A DNA stretch of 64,000 nt from contig CM074521.1 in assembly GCA_037379345.1 (NCBI GenBank), positions 25,816,704 through 25,880,703 on the forward strand. The letters are read 5' to 3'. Under the pieces are notes generated by a model. It did no database searches. It saw only the letters and a program-made list of their open reading frames with translations, and was not told where the DNA came from. This document shows, piece by piece, positions 15,601 to 27,800 of this stretch; position 1 is the first letter of the stretch; each line of letters opens with the position of its first letter. The stretch comes from Perna viridis (lineage: Eukaryota). A program made the translations under genes and the position numbers.

Positions 15601-16282
15601 GCAGTTACCAACCAGTTGAAATAGAGTGCATTGGTCCTAACAAAAACTCCCTTGGAAATACAGCCATGTTACCAGTTCTCAAAGCAAACTCTTGCAAATG
15701 TGATGCTTGCATTAAAACAGGTACATACAAAGAACTTTATATTCTGCATTTTTTGTGAATAGGTCGAGCGAGCGTAAATTCAAATCCAAGATGTTTGAAT
15801 GTATTGTATATGTACGATGTTAAGTACCCAATTCACGATGAAAAATTGACACTTATTTAAATATCTACAGGATATATTCCAGTAAAACTATAAATAAAAA
15901 TGAAACCGTCTATGGATTTTGGTTGAATTCGAAATTCCTAAATAATGACATTAAGAACGGTCTCACGGTTGTAATAAATACTTAAAATGGTCCACAACTG
16001 GATTTATATCATTGTTTTTCTTTTGAAAAAAGTCTTTAGAGATTGATAAATAACAATGTAGTAAAGAAAATCCAAAACCATTGCAACACATCAAATATTT
16101 TAAGACTGTATGGATGATATTGTACTATCATTACTGTTTGTTACATTTTTCTTAAAGTTTTATAATTGAATCTTACTATTAGCTGTAGGTACCTTTACTA
16201 GTAGAGTAAATTATTATCTATACTTGTCTGTTGCCATTCTTATTTTCTAATTAAAACTTTTTTTTTAGGTAGCCAACCTTAA
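332..16282 (+). CDS. Gene A, 3' portion (21 exons): SCO-spondin/mucin-like secreted protein with acidic domain, PTS linkers, TSP1 x6, TIL x2, VWC/FnI-like x4 and CTCK; 5' end lies upstream of the window
   Basis: Exons: 332-651, 982-1120, 3237-3344, 3814-3942, 4212-4386, 5536-5585, 5885-6049, 7102-7272, 7692-7941, 8718-8764, 9548-9623, 10703-10861, 11339-11388, 11857-12024, 12295-12453, 12890-13051, 13318-13520, 14270-14377, 14796-14856, 15403-15720, 16269-16282. All have AG/GT boundaries and matching phases; total 3032 nt, ending in TAA. Confidence 0.88.
982..1120 (+). CDS. Gene A exon: C-half of acidic two-Cys domain (DETISPEE...SAEVCVKP)
   Basis: tag| acceptor, |gtaagt donor, phase 0 to 1; paralogous to 29650-29785. 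Confidence 0.88.
2110..2830 (+). mobile_element. Degenerate Penelope-like retroelement fragment (RT C-terminal/thumb region plus 3' terminal repeat)
   Basis: Broken translation KDTTDT..SA...LEI...KLLTTLYDKHDD...FPFICGNIPSVPAYGVFISQL..YARAC, which I recognise as typical of Penelope-like RT. It is followed by a segment (accggtgcacctggtccatg...gttcc(c/a)ttgattactc) repeated elsewhere in the window. Confidence 0.75.
3237..3344 (+). CDS. Gene A exon: Thr/Pro-rich linker
   Basis: tag|GT ACA ACA... to A|gtatgt; phase 1-1; TTGTTTLPTETSQAAVTTEAGPKLTTPSPEKTSTS. Confidence 0.8.
3814..3942 (+). CDS. Gene A exon: Thr/Pro-rich linker
   Basis: aag|GG GAA... to G|gtgaag; phase 1-1; ETPVTEPTLKQTTTKATAPIETTTTPGTTPVQTSPTTEATTA. 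Confidence 0.8.
4212..4386 (+). CDS. Gene A exon: VWC/FnI-like module N-part with long insertion
   Basis: cag|, TG|gtaagt (phase 2); FCTFNQEQF...KIVIVGCSN(C). Confidence 0.8.
5536..5585 (+). CDS. Gene A microexon: VWC/FnI-like C-part (CTCEATGIMNCEVGECA)
   Basis: tag|C ACT TGT..., G|gtaaac; completes the CxxCxC motif. Confidence 0.8.
5885..6049 (+). CDS. Gene A exon: TSP1 repeat
   Basis: PWTEWTPCSKECDVGSRTRSRS...CNIEPCP; AG/GT, phase 1-1. Confidence 0.9.
6418..6642 (+). repeat. Copy of the Penelope-like element 3' terminal segment
   Basis: Closely similar to 2598-2832 (gcaactcg.cgggtgtttcta.aaaag...ccggtgcacctggtccatg...cccttgattactc). Confidence 0.75.
7102..7272 (+). CDS. Gene A exon: TSP1 repeat (variant)
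   Basis: CGPWDDWSECSS...KFRERTC...EPC; phase 1-1. Confidence 0.88.
7692..7941 (+). CDS. Gene A exon: TIL domain plus start of VWC/FnI-like module
   Basis: C..CNLTC...RCGCKEGMVLDETTNECVDPNTCTC...CEE(C); phase 1 to 2. Confidence 0.88.
8718..8764 (+). CDS. Gene A microexon: VWC/FnI-like C-part (CTCGPRGQVECKINPE)
   Basis: cag|T ACT TGC; T|gtaagt. Confidence 0.85.
9198..9514. mobile_element. Non-autonomous TTAA-flanked DNA transposon (MITE); second copy at 58206-58605
   Basis: TTAA|GTAC...GTAC|TTAA ends; shares internal sequence (aaggt.tggcaca, ataagcagtcaaaaaatatcta, ttctagatgtactgaa) with the 58 kb copy. Confidence 0.7.
9548..9623 (+). CDS. Gene A exon: TSP1 repeat N-half (CEWKEWSNWGECSEECETGVQNRYR)
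   Basis: WxxWxxW motif; cag|, AG|gtttgt. Confidence 0.88.
10703..10861 (+). CDS. Gene A exon: TSP1 C-half plus VWC/FnI-like start (CKVDGKTYDVG...GCVK)
   Basis: aag|, TG|gtgagt; phase 2-2. Confidence 0.88.
11339..11388 (+). CDS. Gene A microexon: VWC/FnI-like C-part (CICYESGPFCTKDTEAN)
   Basis: cag|C ATC TGT; G|gtaagc. Confidence 0.83.
11857..12024 (+). CDS. Gene A exon: canonical TSP1 repeat
   Basis: VDGGWTDWEEWSTCTSSCQGGQRTRTRQCKDPLPMCDGLTCKG...EPCN. Confidence 0.93.
12295..12453 (+). CDS. Gene A exon: TSP1 repeat
   Basis: CTTTEWTDWSECPTSCTQGDEKIRTR...CPG...EKEPC; |gtgagt. Confidence 0.9.
12890..13051 (+). CDS. Gene A exon: degenerate Trp-less TSP1-like repeat
   Basis: C..C....ASNCGVGER...C...EECQLGPC; phase 1-1. 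Confidence 0.82.
13318..13520 (+). CDS. Gene A exon: TIL domain plus VWC start
   Basis: CQETTC...EGCICSKGFFRNDDMKCVSFETC...CEYLGVEYM; |gtatgc. Confidence 0.88.
14270..14377 (+). CDS. Gene A exon: VWC domain (CEKCECVNGKVIC...C...C)
   Basis: cag|CCT; CCA|gtaagt; phase 0-0. Confidence 0.9.
14796..14856 (+). CDS. Gene A exon: VWC C-terminal CCxxC (GEVLKFDGSDSCCRKCLPEE)
   Basis: tag|GGT; A|gtaagt. Confidence 0.87.
15403..15720 (+). CDS. Gene A exon: C-terminal cystine knot (CTCK), 11 Cys
   Basis: CAGGC (CxGxC), CKCC and CKCDAC pattern of VWF/mucin/SCO-spondin CTCK; ACAG|gtacat donor. Confidence 0.9.
16269..16282 (+). CDS. Gene A terminal coding exon (GSQP-stop)
   Basis: Long pyrimidine tract then tag|GT AGC CAA CCT TAA, in phase with the CTCK exon. 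Confidence 0.7.
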
Positions 16283-16500
16283 GAAACAATAATGGGAGCA
16301 CCATAATGATAGAGAAATGGACTTACCGAATATTTAGTATTCTGTTATATTTTGATTTTAAAAAATAGTAAATTAGATTCATTCATATCTGTGTTACTTT
16401 ATATTAACCTTCCGATTCTTTTTTTTTGTAAAAGATTAGTATATGGCTAGTTAACGTAACTAAAGGACCACCGGAAAACTTTGTCAATTAAAAACACATA

Positions 16501-16506
16501 AATAAA
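16501..16506 (+). terminator. Candidate polyadenylation signal of gene A
   Basis: AATAAA about 220 nt after the stop; the AT-rich context makes chance occurrence plausible. Confidence 0.4.
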
Positions 16507-18444
16507 ATCACAAATAATAAACTGTAAAGAGAAAATAACAATGAAAGCTTTAATTAAACGATATAGATCAATGGCAAGTAATGAGGAATCAAAAATTTAA
16601 ACAAGATATGGAAATTCATTGCAAGAATAACTTTAAAAGCAAAAGCAGTCGTAATTGGTTTTTTCAGTATCACATTTAGTAAACAGTTGTATAACTAAAA
16701 CAAATTGAAATGGTTGTACTTGCAGAAGATAGATAAAAACTCCAGAAACATGAAGATATCCACATACACATAATTACACGTATTTCTGCTTTCATAAAAA
16801 AACTCTTTGAAAGATTGAAAGGAAATTCTAGTCTTCCAAAAAACCATGTCTGCCCTTTCCTTCCGTCCGTACTTCCTTCCTTTTGTCACGCAGATGGCAA
16901 CGGGTATATTAAACATGTATATGTTTTTTACCTTTAATTTTTTTAGAAAACAAACATTGCACAATACGATATTTATCTCATAGAAAAACATAAGAAGCAG
17001 GAAGCAGTGTTATTTAACCTGCATATATCTAAATTGTTTGAATGCTTGAAAAATATCATCTTTGCGTTAGACGTGACATTGTAGTGGTCCCGACATGTTC
17101 AGAGCATACTTTTTTTATATAATCGATGCAATGATGTATCTAAAAACAAGATGACAGACATTTATTCATCCTCTTTTTACAAAACAAAACTTATAAAAAA
17201 TAAGCGTTCGATCTTAAAATATGAAACCTTGATGCCATTTACTAGGGAAAAAATGAAGTAGGTCACTACAAGAACTTCTGCGATCGTAGCAATTAAAAGT
17301 ATTTGACGATCTTTTGTATTCATGAATATTACGTGGATTCTTGAATTATATTCAGTCGCTCAAATAATCAAACACGGAAAATTAAGAACAAAAACGGGGC
17401 TGCATCATACTAAGGTATGATATCTAAATAATATCTTTAATCTTATTTAAGAAGTACTCTTTCTAAATATCAGACAAAACGTGATTCTTGCATGTCAAAA
17501 ACCCACCGAATTTAATTTTTATCTCTTGTTCAGTAAGTTCAAATAACCAGTCTTAGTTTTTCATTTGGTTGTTACGCTTTTGAGATAATATATATATAAA
17601 TTGTACAAAAAATTGGCACTTTGCAAGAGTTATCGTTCTTGATTTGGTTTGATTAGGTTTTAGTGTGAGATGAATGTATGATTTTCTTTTGAAAAAAAGT
17701 GCAGATCTAAATGCAAAGATGATAATCGTTATGTGATAGTATAGCACATGTATACTGAAGAAGCATAGTTTGTTTGGTTGGTTTTTCTACACCTTGATTC
17801 TCTTTACCATTGGCAGTGTCTGACTTTTATGTGGAGTGGTACTTACATGACGTTTTAAAGAAATGTCCCAATATTATTCGAGAAAAATTGAATTAGTTTG
17901 TCGTCATGGTTAATTTTAATGCTCTAAATCAGTGGACTTGTACATGTTATGGTGATACTAAAAAGTATTATCTAAATAATTTATCTAGAGATATGACAGA
18001 TATACAAGAAAACACATGTAAATACCCTCGGCCGATCAGTTCCTTCGTTCATATGGATAAAGGTTAAAACAAAATTACCTAACACTAATCCGATACATAA
18101 TCAAGTCAAGTCCAAAACAAATCAGACGAAAGAGATTTTACACCACCGGAGAAGCCAGATTTATACATGGCCTACTGCTAAAAAAAGGCACGAGTAGCTC
18201 AGTTCACCAATTTTAGTTTCCGTAATATAGATGATGTATCCCAAATTTACATACTTTCATTTGATCTACTCTATAAGTGGCATTAATCAGATGTGGATTC
18301 AACAGCATACAGCAGTGTCTTTCTTCCTGAAGCCTTACCTTTTGTAACAGTATACACTTTTTTTATATTTCTACCTTGTACAACACACGACCACTTCACA
18401 AATAAATGTGAGTTATACGTAATTTAATTCACTAAACACAAACC

Positions 18445-18570
18445 AGGCGGCAAAAAGTCGTAAGTGTGAAATTGATCGTAAATCATGACGTCACAATGCT
18501 GAATTACTTTATGACGTCGTTACTTACGATCAACTTTACACTTACAACTTTTTGTGAAATTGATGCCAGG
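18445..18570. mobile_element. Short palindromic MITE-like repeat; related copy at 26236-26378
   Basis: Self-complementary arms (gtaagtgtgaaattgatcgtaa / ttacgatcaactttacacttac); shared ttttgtgaaatt end and tgac.tcacaatgctg core. Confidence 0.5.
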
Positions 18571-18810
18571 AAACTAGAAGATATGCTTATATAGTATAAG
18601 ATAGAGAAACTGCTCACTAGTGATTTGTAAAAAAAATTACCGTTATTCTGCAATAACATTTTTGTCCAATTTTGGGACATGTGTTCAAGTTGCCAAGTGG
18701 AATAAATATGGAAACAATAATGTGCCACTCTGTTTCTACATTCGTATTAAGCCAAATCTTTACATGGACTACCATAGAAAAAAGAGTAGGGGATAGGCCA
18801 GTCAATTAAT

Positions 18811-19120
18811 TTCAGTTGTCGTTATATAGATGATATATTATATCTGAATAATGCTAATTTCAAGGGTTATACCCAAGTGGACTTAACACTAATATACCCC
18901 TTCTGCCTCATACCTAGACCTTGACTTGTACATAGATGGTACTGGACGTTTGTTATCGAAACTATATTACATTCGTGATGATTTTGACTTCTTAATAGTT
19001 AACTTCCCCTGGAATGGCAATATAACAACATATCAAACCTATGGAGTATACATTTACAGTAACTGTGGTCGAAGCAATTACCATAATTTGTTCAACCGAT
19101 ATGGAGATGCTATCTCATAA
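18811..19120 (+). mobile_element. Second degenerate Penelope-like RT remnant
   Basis: RYIDD catalytic motif at 18820, then SASYLDLDLYIDG.G.L.SKLY..RDDFDF.IVNFP...YGVYI, with frameshifts. Confidence 0.72.
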
Positions 19121-21804
19121 ATGAGCAAGATATATTCACCAAGATTCCACGTCTTTCCTGATTGACAACCTACCAAACTTTTACTAGCCGCAGCAACCAA
19201 ATTTGGGCGTTACTCATTATTTACATTGTAAGCTACGAGTTTACACTGAAACACTAGCATTAAAACATAAAAATACAGAAAACATAATATAAACTAAATT
19301 GACATGGTTCGAAGTGGTCCGTCGTCATTAGTCGCATAACATTACATTATTTTTGGTCCAAGATGTTCTTTTAAAATCTAAGCTTTTTGTATTCTGCACT
19401 TGAAGCACATTTTTCCCCTTCCAGATGCCTTTTTGTATTGATTGACAGAGTTGTCATTTTTGATGGTCCGGTTTTACAAGGGCCGAGTTGTTTTTCACAC
19501 CTGGAGTGGTGGAGCTCCTTTTATATACTACATTGGAACAAGTCCAGTCAAAGGAGCTAGGTCATATGAGTCAAATCGTAATTTTCTTAATTACAGTTTT
19601 AATCACAGTGCCTTTATATGAGAGTGTTAAAAATACAAAGAGGCATTTTTCATATCATTTGAAAATTTCAAATACATTCTTGACATGATTTATTGCCATG
19701 TTATATTATATTAAGTTTAAGATCAAATGTTCTGCCGTTTAAATATATTTAATTGGTATTTATGAAAGTTATCTATTTTCTTAATTTCTTTGCTTATTAG
19801 TCTAATTTAGATAATTCTCCGTCATTTATGAATTATTCACCCTATTTAAATTATGACACTGTGTTGAATTGAATGATATCAGCTATGTGTGAATTGTTTT
19901 TCGTAGGACCACTATGTGACTTGTTTCGGGGAGCTCACTGGAAATATGACGGAGGCCGCCAACAGAGGACGACATTCTTACCCCTTTTTGGAGGGGCTAG
20001 TACTAGCGGACGCAAAATTAGGAATATGAAATGATCAAATTGACCAAAATATTTATTTTCTAAGTGACTTTTTTATATTCGACATTGAATTTTTCGATTT
20101 TGGTGGATATTTTGCCATTTCAAAATTGTTTACATCATAGATAATTGTTTACTTAACTGATATTTCCAAGGTGAGAATCGCATCTGGGGTTGCTCCGTAG
20201 CTTTCGGCGTGATATATTTGTTGCCCCCACCTAAAACAAAATGTCGGGTGATCTGCATTGCTGTAGTTAAGATTCTATTCTGATTTTATTCACTTGCAAT
20301 GTGACACGTGCAGTTAGCAGAGCAAGGCAGTCTTTCATTTATATAAATTTGTATTTTATTTCGTTAAATACAGTGTAAATGCAGGTCGTTAAATTGTCCT
20401 GTTTTGGCCATGTATCTAGATTTTGATCTAGTATCTTGTATATGCATTGTATTTCTAATTCGATGCTTTGCCAATATATATACAATTTATCATATCCGTA
20501 GCGTCACATAATTTTGTCTTGTGAAAGGTTGTTTTAACGGGTAATTGCTCAATACAAAATATCATTCACTGCATAACATTTGTGAATGTTTTTGTAATAT
20601 TTATTTATCGTTATGCTTAAATATCCTGAAATAAGAATAAAAGTATCAGATAATGTCACAATATACTTACCAATTACACAGATATTAAGTACCAGTCCAT
20701 ATAAAATTCAGACACCGTCTATGGTAAGGTGATTCATGGTGTAGAAAAACCCATGTATCAGACGATACTCTTTTTTGGTCTGCATATGCTATATTTTTAA
20801 GTGACAATAGTCCTTTCTGTATTCAGAACTCTACTTTTGAGAAAACTACACTATAAACTCCTACTAAAATCAAAGCAAATGAAGAACGATAACTCTTGCA
20901 AAGTGCTCATTTCATGTACAATCCACATAGATTTTATCTCAAAAGTGCAACCCCAAATGAAAAACTAAGACTGGTTTTGTGATCTATACCAATTTCTTCA
21001 ATGTCTCTTACATTACACACGAGAAAATATAATCTACTTTTGATTCAAATATTTTTGAAAGAAAATGTGAAATATTTATAAACACATCCTGCAATAGTGG
21101 CTCAAAATATTTGAAAGATTTGAATTAGAATACACATCAAATTAAATTTCATCTAAATAAAAAACAGCTTCCCTGCTTGATTTATATGTGTACATCGAGG
21201 AAGAAAAAATTAAAATAAAAAAAAATAAAAAAACATTTATATAAATTACCTCTGGTTTTTACAATGACAATGTCAATAGCAAACGAAATCACGACCTTGT
21301 AAGTCACGATTTTAAAATGTATGATTTCATATTTTGAACCGAATCATATAAATTATGCAACATGTGTAATAAGGTACAATTCCAATTCAGATAGTGATTA
21401 AAGTTACCAAACATGATTTGTTTTGCTTTATCTAAAAATAATGTTACAAACTTATTCATAATAAATAGAGACCATGGAAAAATATAAACTCAAAATCACC
21501 AAATGTATATAAAAAAAACTTTAAAGGTACAAAGAATAAAAGAATGAAATACGTATAGAAAAGCATTCAAACAAAAGGTACAGAATATACACTATGCGAG
21601 TCTACGCCAAAATATAAAAGTACAAGGAACATAAAAAAGAGTTACAATTAAAGACAAAACTACAAACAAGCTAAAATATAAAACAAACTAAAAGCAAACC
21701 AAGTTGAACTTACTTTGTTTTACCCCAGCATCAATGTCACTAAAATGTATTGATTTACTGTGAAAAGAAGGAGAAATGCTGGTACCCAAAATCACTATCA
21801 TAAA

Positions 21805-21998
21805 CAAGAGTAATCAAGGGAACCAGGTCCGAGCGGTAATTTAAAAAAATACATTCAAAGTTTAAAGTCTAGACAGAGAAAAGAGAAAACACACACACAA
21901 AACAAAGAACATGTCGTACCAATAATATGTATAGCGAAACAAAAATAAATGAGTTACCAGGACTCTACTAAGAATTTGGATCATGGACCGGATGTACC
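21805..21998 (-). repeat. Inverted degenerate copy of the Penelope-like 3' terminal segment
   Basis: gagtaatcaagggaacc...catggaccggatgtaccg is the reverse complement of the 2640-2832 / 6460-6642 segment. Confidence 0.6.
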
Positions 21999-24824
21999 GA
22001 TAATACATTTATATCAGGTTTATCATTTTCAAAAACTACAATAGATAAAAAAAAAAAACTATATGTGTACTGATGTTTCTGATCAACCGCTATTTTATAT
22101 TTCCACCAACATAAAAAAACGATATAATATCTGAGAAGTCTCTTGAATAAGCAATAAGACTGGTGTCATGCAATTAGCATGATAGGCTCGTATATGCAGG
22201 ACTAAAGTGTTTGTGCTGCTAGTGTTTTAATTCTGTAATTTAATGTTCGTGTTCATATGTAAAACTGTTGTGGTTATGGAAATTAACCAAATTCGAGACT
22301 TCAGCATAAGACTCTCAATAGAAATTTGAAGGTGATGAGTAAAACGTGTGCTTTTGTTTGTTTAATTTTGTCGTTCAAACATAAATTGTTCGATATACTT
22401 CATCAGTCAGAACAATACAAAGTTGAAATCATACAAGTGATATATTTTCATATAAAATTACCGACTAGATTATTTCGTAAACATCTTGACAGTACATTGC
22501 GTTATCTGTGTATTGTCTTAAGCACGCATAACCATAAATGATTTGCATTTTGTTTGTTTAAAAGACAGTATCAGCATCCTCCCTTCTCTCGAGACGTGAC
22601 AACAGCTGGATGGAAAACTTCAGCATATCTTTCGATATCTGACTTCGTATCCAATCGTTTTGTCACTTTCTTTCAAGGACGGTCTCTGAATCAATATGCC
22701 TATTTAGTATATAACATTTATGCAAGTATGAAAAATCATAGATAGCCAAAATGTTAGAAAGCTTACGAGAAAGGTATGTTCGTTTAATATTCACTTTTTT
22801 CATTGGAAAAGATCAATTTATACACCTATAGCGTTGAAATGGTCAAAGCATAATAATAATATTAAAATTTATAGAAAAATAATAATAAAATAGTGTTTAC
22901 TACTCCGAAAAAATTATTAGAATTTATCTATGTTCTGGTATGGGCTTTTGTTTGTCCTAAAATTAAGGAACATATTCTATTGAAATCATATAAACTTAAA
23001 AGTAAGTAAAATAGATAATTTATTGCACAAATGTATTCAGACTATTCATTAATTATTACCTTATTCATAAATTTGGTTAAATACATACAACTTCCAATGA
23101 ACGAGTTTTAGATGTAAGAAAACATTTGAAGCTATCGGTTGTAGTTTTATATCACTCGTGCCTGTTGAAACATTGATTTAATGAATATTATACCAAAGCG
23201 TCCAGTCGTTCCAAATTAGCATATAATACTCACTGTAACGTCATTAGATGATTTAATAAATTAAAGAGTTTCGAATAATTGAGTCAGTTATTTTAAGCGA
23301 TTTCGCCTGCAACATTTGTCAACTTCAAATTTACATTTTGTCGCAAATTTCCTTTAGTATTGAGCTGCCTAAAACCCCGACTATCAAAGATAGTAATTTA
23401 CGCCTTATGCCGCCAGCGCAGAAAAAATTATCAAAAAAGTATTCTTTAAATACATGTACCTAAGTTTCGATATTGAGAGATTTTTTTATATAACGCATGA
23501 AAACGATCGTCCTACTTAAAATGTCTTTGTACTTTGTTATTACATTTACAAATCAAATGCAATATGTTCAACCAAATATACTACTTATCATTGTGTTTAA
23601 CAGTTCAAGAAATATTTTACCTAAAATACCTAAGATCACCTGTATTATTTCAACGTGGCAAATAACAAGAACAAACGTTTTTTTTTTTTTTTTTTTTTTT
23701 CAGCCATTAATACAGTATTATTCTTTGGTAGAATAATCTTAAATTACTTTGGTATATTTCTTGAAAAAAATGGTTTGATGAAACAAAGTGTTTGTTTTTC
23801 TATTGTTTTAGCCAACAATTAAGTGCATTTGACTCGTTTCTCCTTATTTTAAATTCAACACAGTGTGACAAATGTAAACAAATTTGACAGTGTAACACGT
23901 GTAAAATCTTGAGTTTGCAATGAAGAATATACAGTTAGAATGTTTCATCAAGTTTGTTATGTTTGTTAGAGGAAAAAGCAAATGAAAAGAAGGATGAAAA
24001 AGAGACCAGAGATATAGAAGAAGAATGTCATCTAATAAAGAATGTATGTCAAACAGAAAAAACGGGGGAAATGCATATCTTTATTCGATAAGGTAAGTAT
24101 TTAGGTAAGTGATTTCTGAGTATGCAGAATTTTCATTAATATACATCTCTTACAACAAATAGATTAACAATTCTTTTAACTTATTTTTTGCCTTTTTTCT
24201 GCTGCAAGGAGGGTAAGTTTTGTAATATATATTCATGTTTGCAGCTTTTCAGATTAACAACAAGCGGGATACAACACTATCAGTAAGTTGATCAGGTAAT
24301 AATATTCTTTCTAATGTGCATACGATTTTTCAGAATGTTTTCATATAGTCAGTGTAAAATCTTGCAGCTCACAAAGGAGTACTCAAGACGAGTGTAACTA
24401 AAAACATGTTTGCAAGACCTTTTTTGGATAACTCGATAACGGGGTCCGTCGCCCAATCTCCGGAATGTAGTAAGTATTTTATTAGACTTTGTTTTAGACT
24501 ATTTTCATGCAACAAAGGATAGCGTAAGTATGAATGTTCCTTATTTAGGGAGTTTAACTACTTATCAAGTGTTGTTTGTTTTTTAACTTAATTAAAATTC
24601 CAGGATCTCACTTATGGTATCATGGGTTATTGGAACAGATGTTTGCGGTATTATGATGCTTCCAGAGCCTCACATTAATTAAACATTACACAGAGCATCA
24701 TGGCATCATGGCATCGCATCATTTGTTTTCAACACTCATAAATAAAATACAGTGTTTCACTCAATATTCTCATGGTATTTCTTGGATTGTACTTTTGTCT
24801 AAATCAGGTTTTTTCATTAAACAG

Positions 24825-24860
24825 GTTTAACGACAACTGCAATCGAGACCACTACGACAG
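24825..24860 (+). CDS. Gene B microexon: Thr-rich ([12 protein letters not shown])
   Basis: cag|GT TTA..., ACAG|gttagt; phase 1-1. Confidence 0.7.
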
Positions 24861-27800
24861 GTTAGTTTAATCAGATACTAATTCTGTGACTATGATATTT
24901 GTTATTGTGTTTTATAAAACATTCATATTGCTTCACACGTCATTTATACGTAATTCTGTGATAAATCATTCATATTCCATTTAATGCAAATAGAATCCCC
25001 ATTTGATTTTTTACTTAAAATTAAAAAAAGACAAAAAATAAACATAATTATTTTTTTCTGTTTTGGAATATATCTTAGAAGAGAAAAAAATGTGCAAAAG
25101 GCACTATCGTACTATTCTCAGGAAATTCTCGTTGGCCTATTATTTATAAAATTCATTTTATACACTATATACAACTACAAACCATTTTGTTTTACAGAGT
25201 TCTGTAGGAACGAGCTTCGAAGTGGAGGATATGTCACCGACGATCAAGTGTTGTTTAGCAGTGCTGGTCCGACATCTGGCGATTCAATGATAAATGGGAA
25301 TGCCTGGACACCCAACACAATAGATCCATACCCGTTCGTAACTGTTGTTTTTCCCGATACTGCAATTGTCAGTGCCATTTTGATCCAGGGTGGAAGTGGA
25401 AGCTTCATGAAGCAGTTCAAAGTCCGAGTACAAAATATTCATAATACATGGGAAACGATTGCGGATGGGGAAGGAAATGCAATGGTAAATTATGTTAATG
25501 TTAATTTGAATTTATTTTGGTCGATATTTGTTCTTTTACACCTTATGATTAGCTTGTTTCCGGTGAGAAATTGCAATATATCCGCAAAATCACAATACGA
25601 CTAGCAGTGCCCGTTAATGTTCTTTTTATAATTCTACCAAAGTACTGACATGTAATAAACGATTTAAATCGACAAACGAAGAGAACGCTAATTTGCTCCA
25701 AAATAATTCAACATAAATTTGTACAAAAGATTAAATTATAAAGACTTCTGTTTACATCCGCATCTTAAATTCAAGTTGACTTTATGATCAGTCAAATGAT
25801 CATTTAAAGCTTTATCTAGTGAGAATATAATGTTATTTCTCAATATGAATTGATAAAAGATATATATTTAGTACAAGAAATTGATTTGCGAATAGCATGC
25901 TATTATATCATTGTATAAATGTTTTCATTAAGACTGTTACCATAACCCATAACACACCAATTTACGATAGCTTTTTCTTAAAGGAATTCGATTTTTGTAG
26001 TTAATAACTAAAAGTTATTTTAAGAATTTTAAATAATCCATAACAAAAAAAAACAAAAACAACAAACAAACAACACCAACAAAACAAAAATTGACAAAAA
26101 AAAAAAAAACAAAGCACGTCTGTTATTATTTTATTTATTTAATTTTTTTATTATTATTGTTACTTGAAAAACAAAAAATAGAAAAACATAACTATTTGCT
26201 AAAAACATCTCCGTAACATCATAAGGAAGCTATCCATGGAGTCAATTTCACAAAAAAAAAGGTATTACTAAGTACACAAATGATCGACAATAATGACATC
26301 ACAATGCTGTCATCTATAATGTCGTCATTAATTACAATTAATTTACACTTAAAACTTTTTTTGTGAAATTTACAACTGAAGGTGAATCACTTGTTATTTA
26401 CAAAAGCAAAACAATTATGAACGATGTTTTCACGCATCGCTTAATCACCTATATAATCAATAATATGGAGTATTAAGTAACATTGCACAATAATTCATCA
26501 GCAGTATAGTACGTTTGAGTTTTATAAATCTTCGAAAAAAAATTCTTAAAAAAAGATTTTCAAAATATTTTAACTTTTCTACTGCAGATCCATTTCTACA
26601 GTACATATAAACTGTGGGGAAAATTTCATAATTTTATCTCCATAAATAAAAGAACTTTCCAATTAGGCTTTATGTAATTTCACTTTTATATATTGCTATC
26701 ATTTTTGTATACCCTAGTATTGTAAGAGCTATTTGAATATTCAAGTAATTTACTAAGTCATGTAACATCAACTCATTTAACTATCTAAAGATGTTGATTG
26801 AACATCAGAAAACAACCTCTATAATGCTGTAATGACACCTATAGATATTCAAATTGCTTGAAGTGACCTAGCTTTATTATGTAGCCTGAGCACAATATTC
26901 GAACAGCTGTTTAAACATTCAAATAGGCAAATTATATTTAGATATTTAAAATCATAGTTGCATTCAGCCTAATGAAAATTTCTTCTGTCTGTCTTGATAC
27001 AATTCTGAAAATATTTCTCAGAGTTCGTATGCACTACAGAAAACCAAACACAGATAAAAAAAAATGCAATATTTCGAAAAATGATTTTATAAGACTTTTT
27101 TTCGAAGATTTAATGAACTATATTTCATTATGTTTGGGCTCCTGTAGCTACCAATATTTTATCTACTGTTTGATACTGTTTTGTTTTACAGATTTTCACA
27201 GGAAGCACAGACGAAAACTCGATAAAAAGTGTCAGTCTACCATCACCAAATCAAATCAACAGTATACAGATCATTCCACTTGACCAAGATATACCAATTG
27301 CTTTAAGATTTGATGTCCTTGGTTGCGTCGTTGGTTAGTTATATGATGTTAAATATATAGAACCAAATCATTTCTACCAGGCAGCTTTCATAATCACCAT
27401 GTTTGATCGCTTGTCGTTTTCCATTTTTTTAACAAACTTTTTTATATTTTGGTATGTCTTTCCTGTATTTTTGTTGATATCACATACTCAATTTAAGAAC
27501 GAAGACTATCAATAAGTTGAACTCACAGGGACTTGAGGTCGTTGGTTAGATACATTAATAGGGCAAAAATTTTACTTCAATTTTTTACATTTTACTATCC
27601 ATGACCATACACTAAAAAACAACAAAGGAAACAGGCCGCCATCTTGGATTTCACTACTCACTTCTCTTTGAATACTAAAACTCTCGGTACATGGCTTATT
27701 TTAATCTATAACAATACAGGAATGAATTCTGTCTCGTTCACAATTACTGTCTTTGATCTTCTCACAGCGGTATTTTCTATAGTTCTTGTACGAAGTGGAA

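Noticed and set aside
332-16282. Assigning the symbol SSPO, VWF or MUC to gene A
   Set aside because: The domain set overlaps these families, but the order and the novel domains differ; orthology cannot be shown without a phylogeny.
23160-23290. Possible promoter motifs for gene B (AP-1-like TGAGTCA, CRE-like ACGTCA, TATA-like)
   Set aside because: Short motifs expected by chance in AT-rich DNA, with no TSS evidence.
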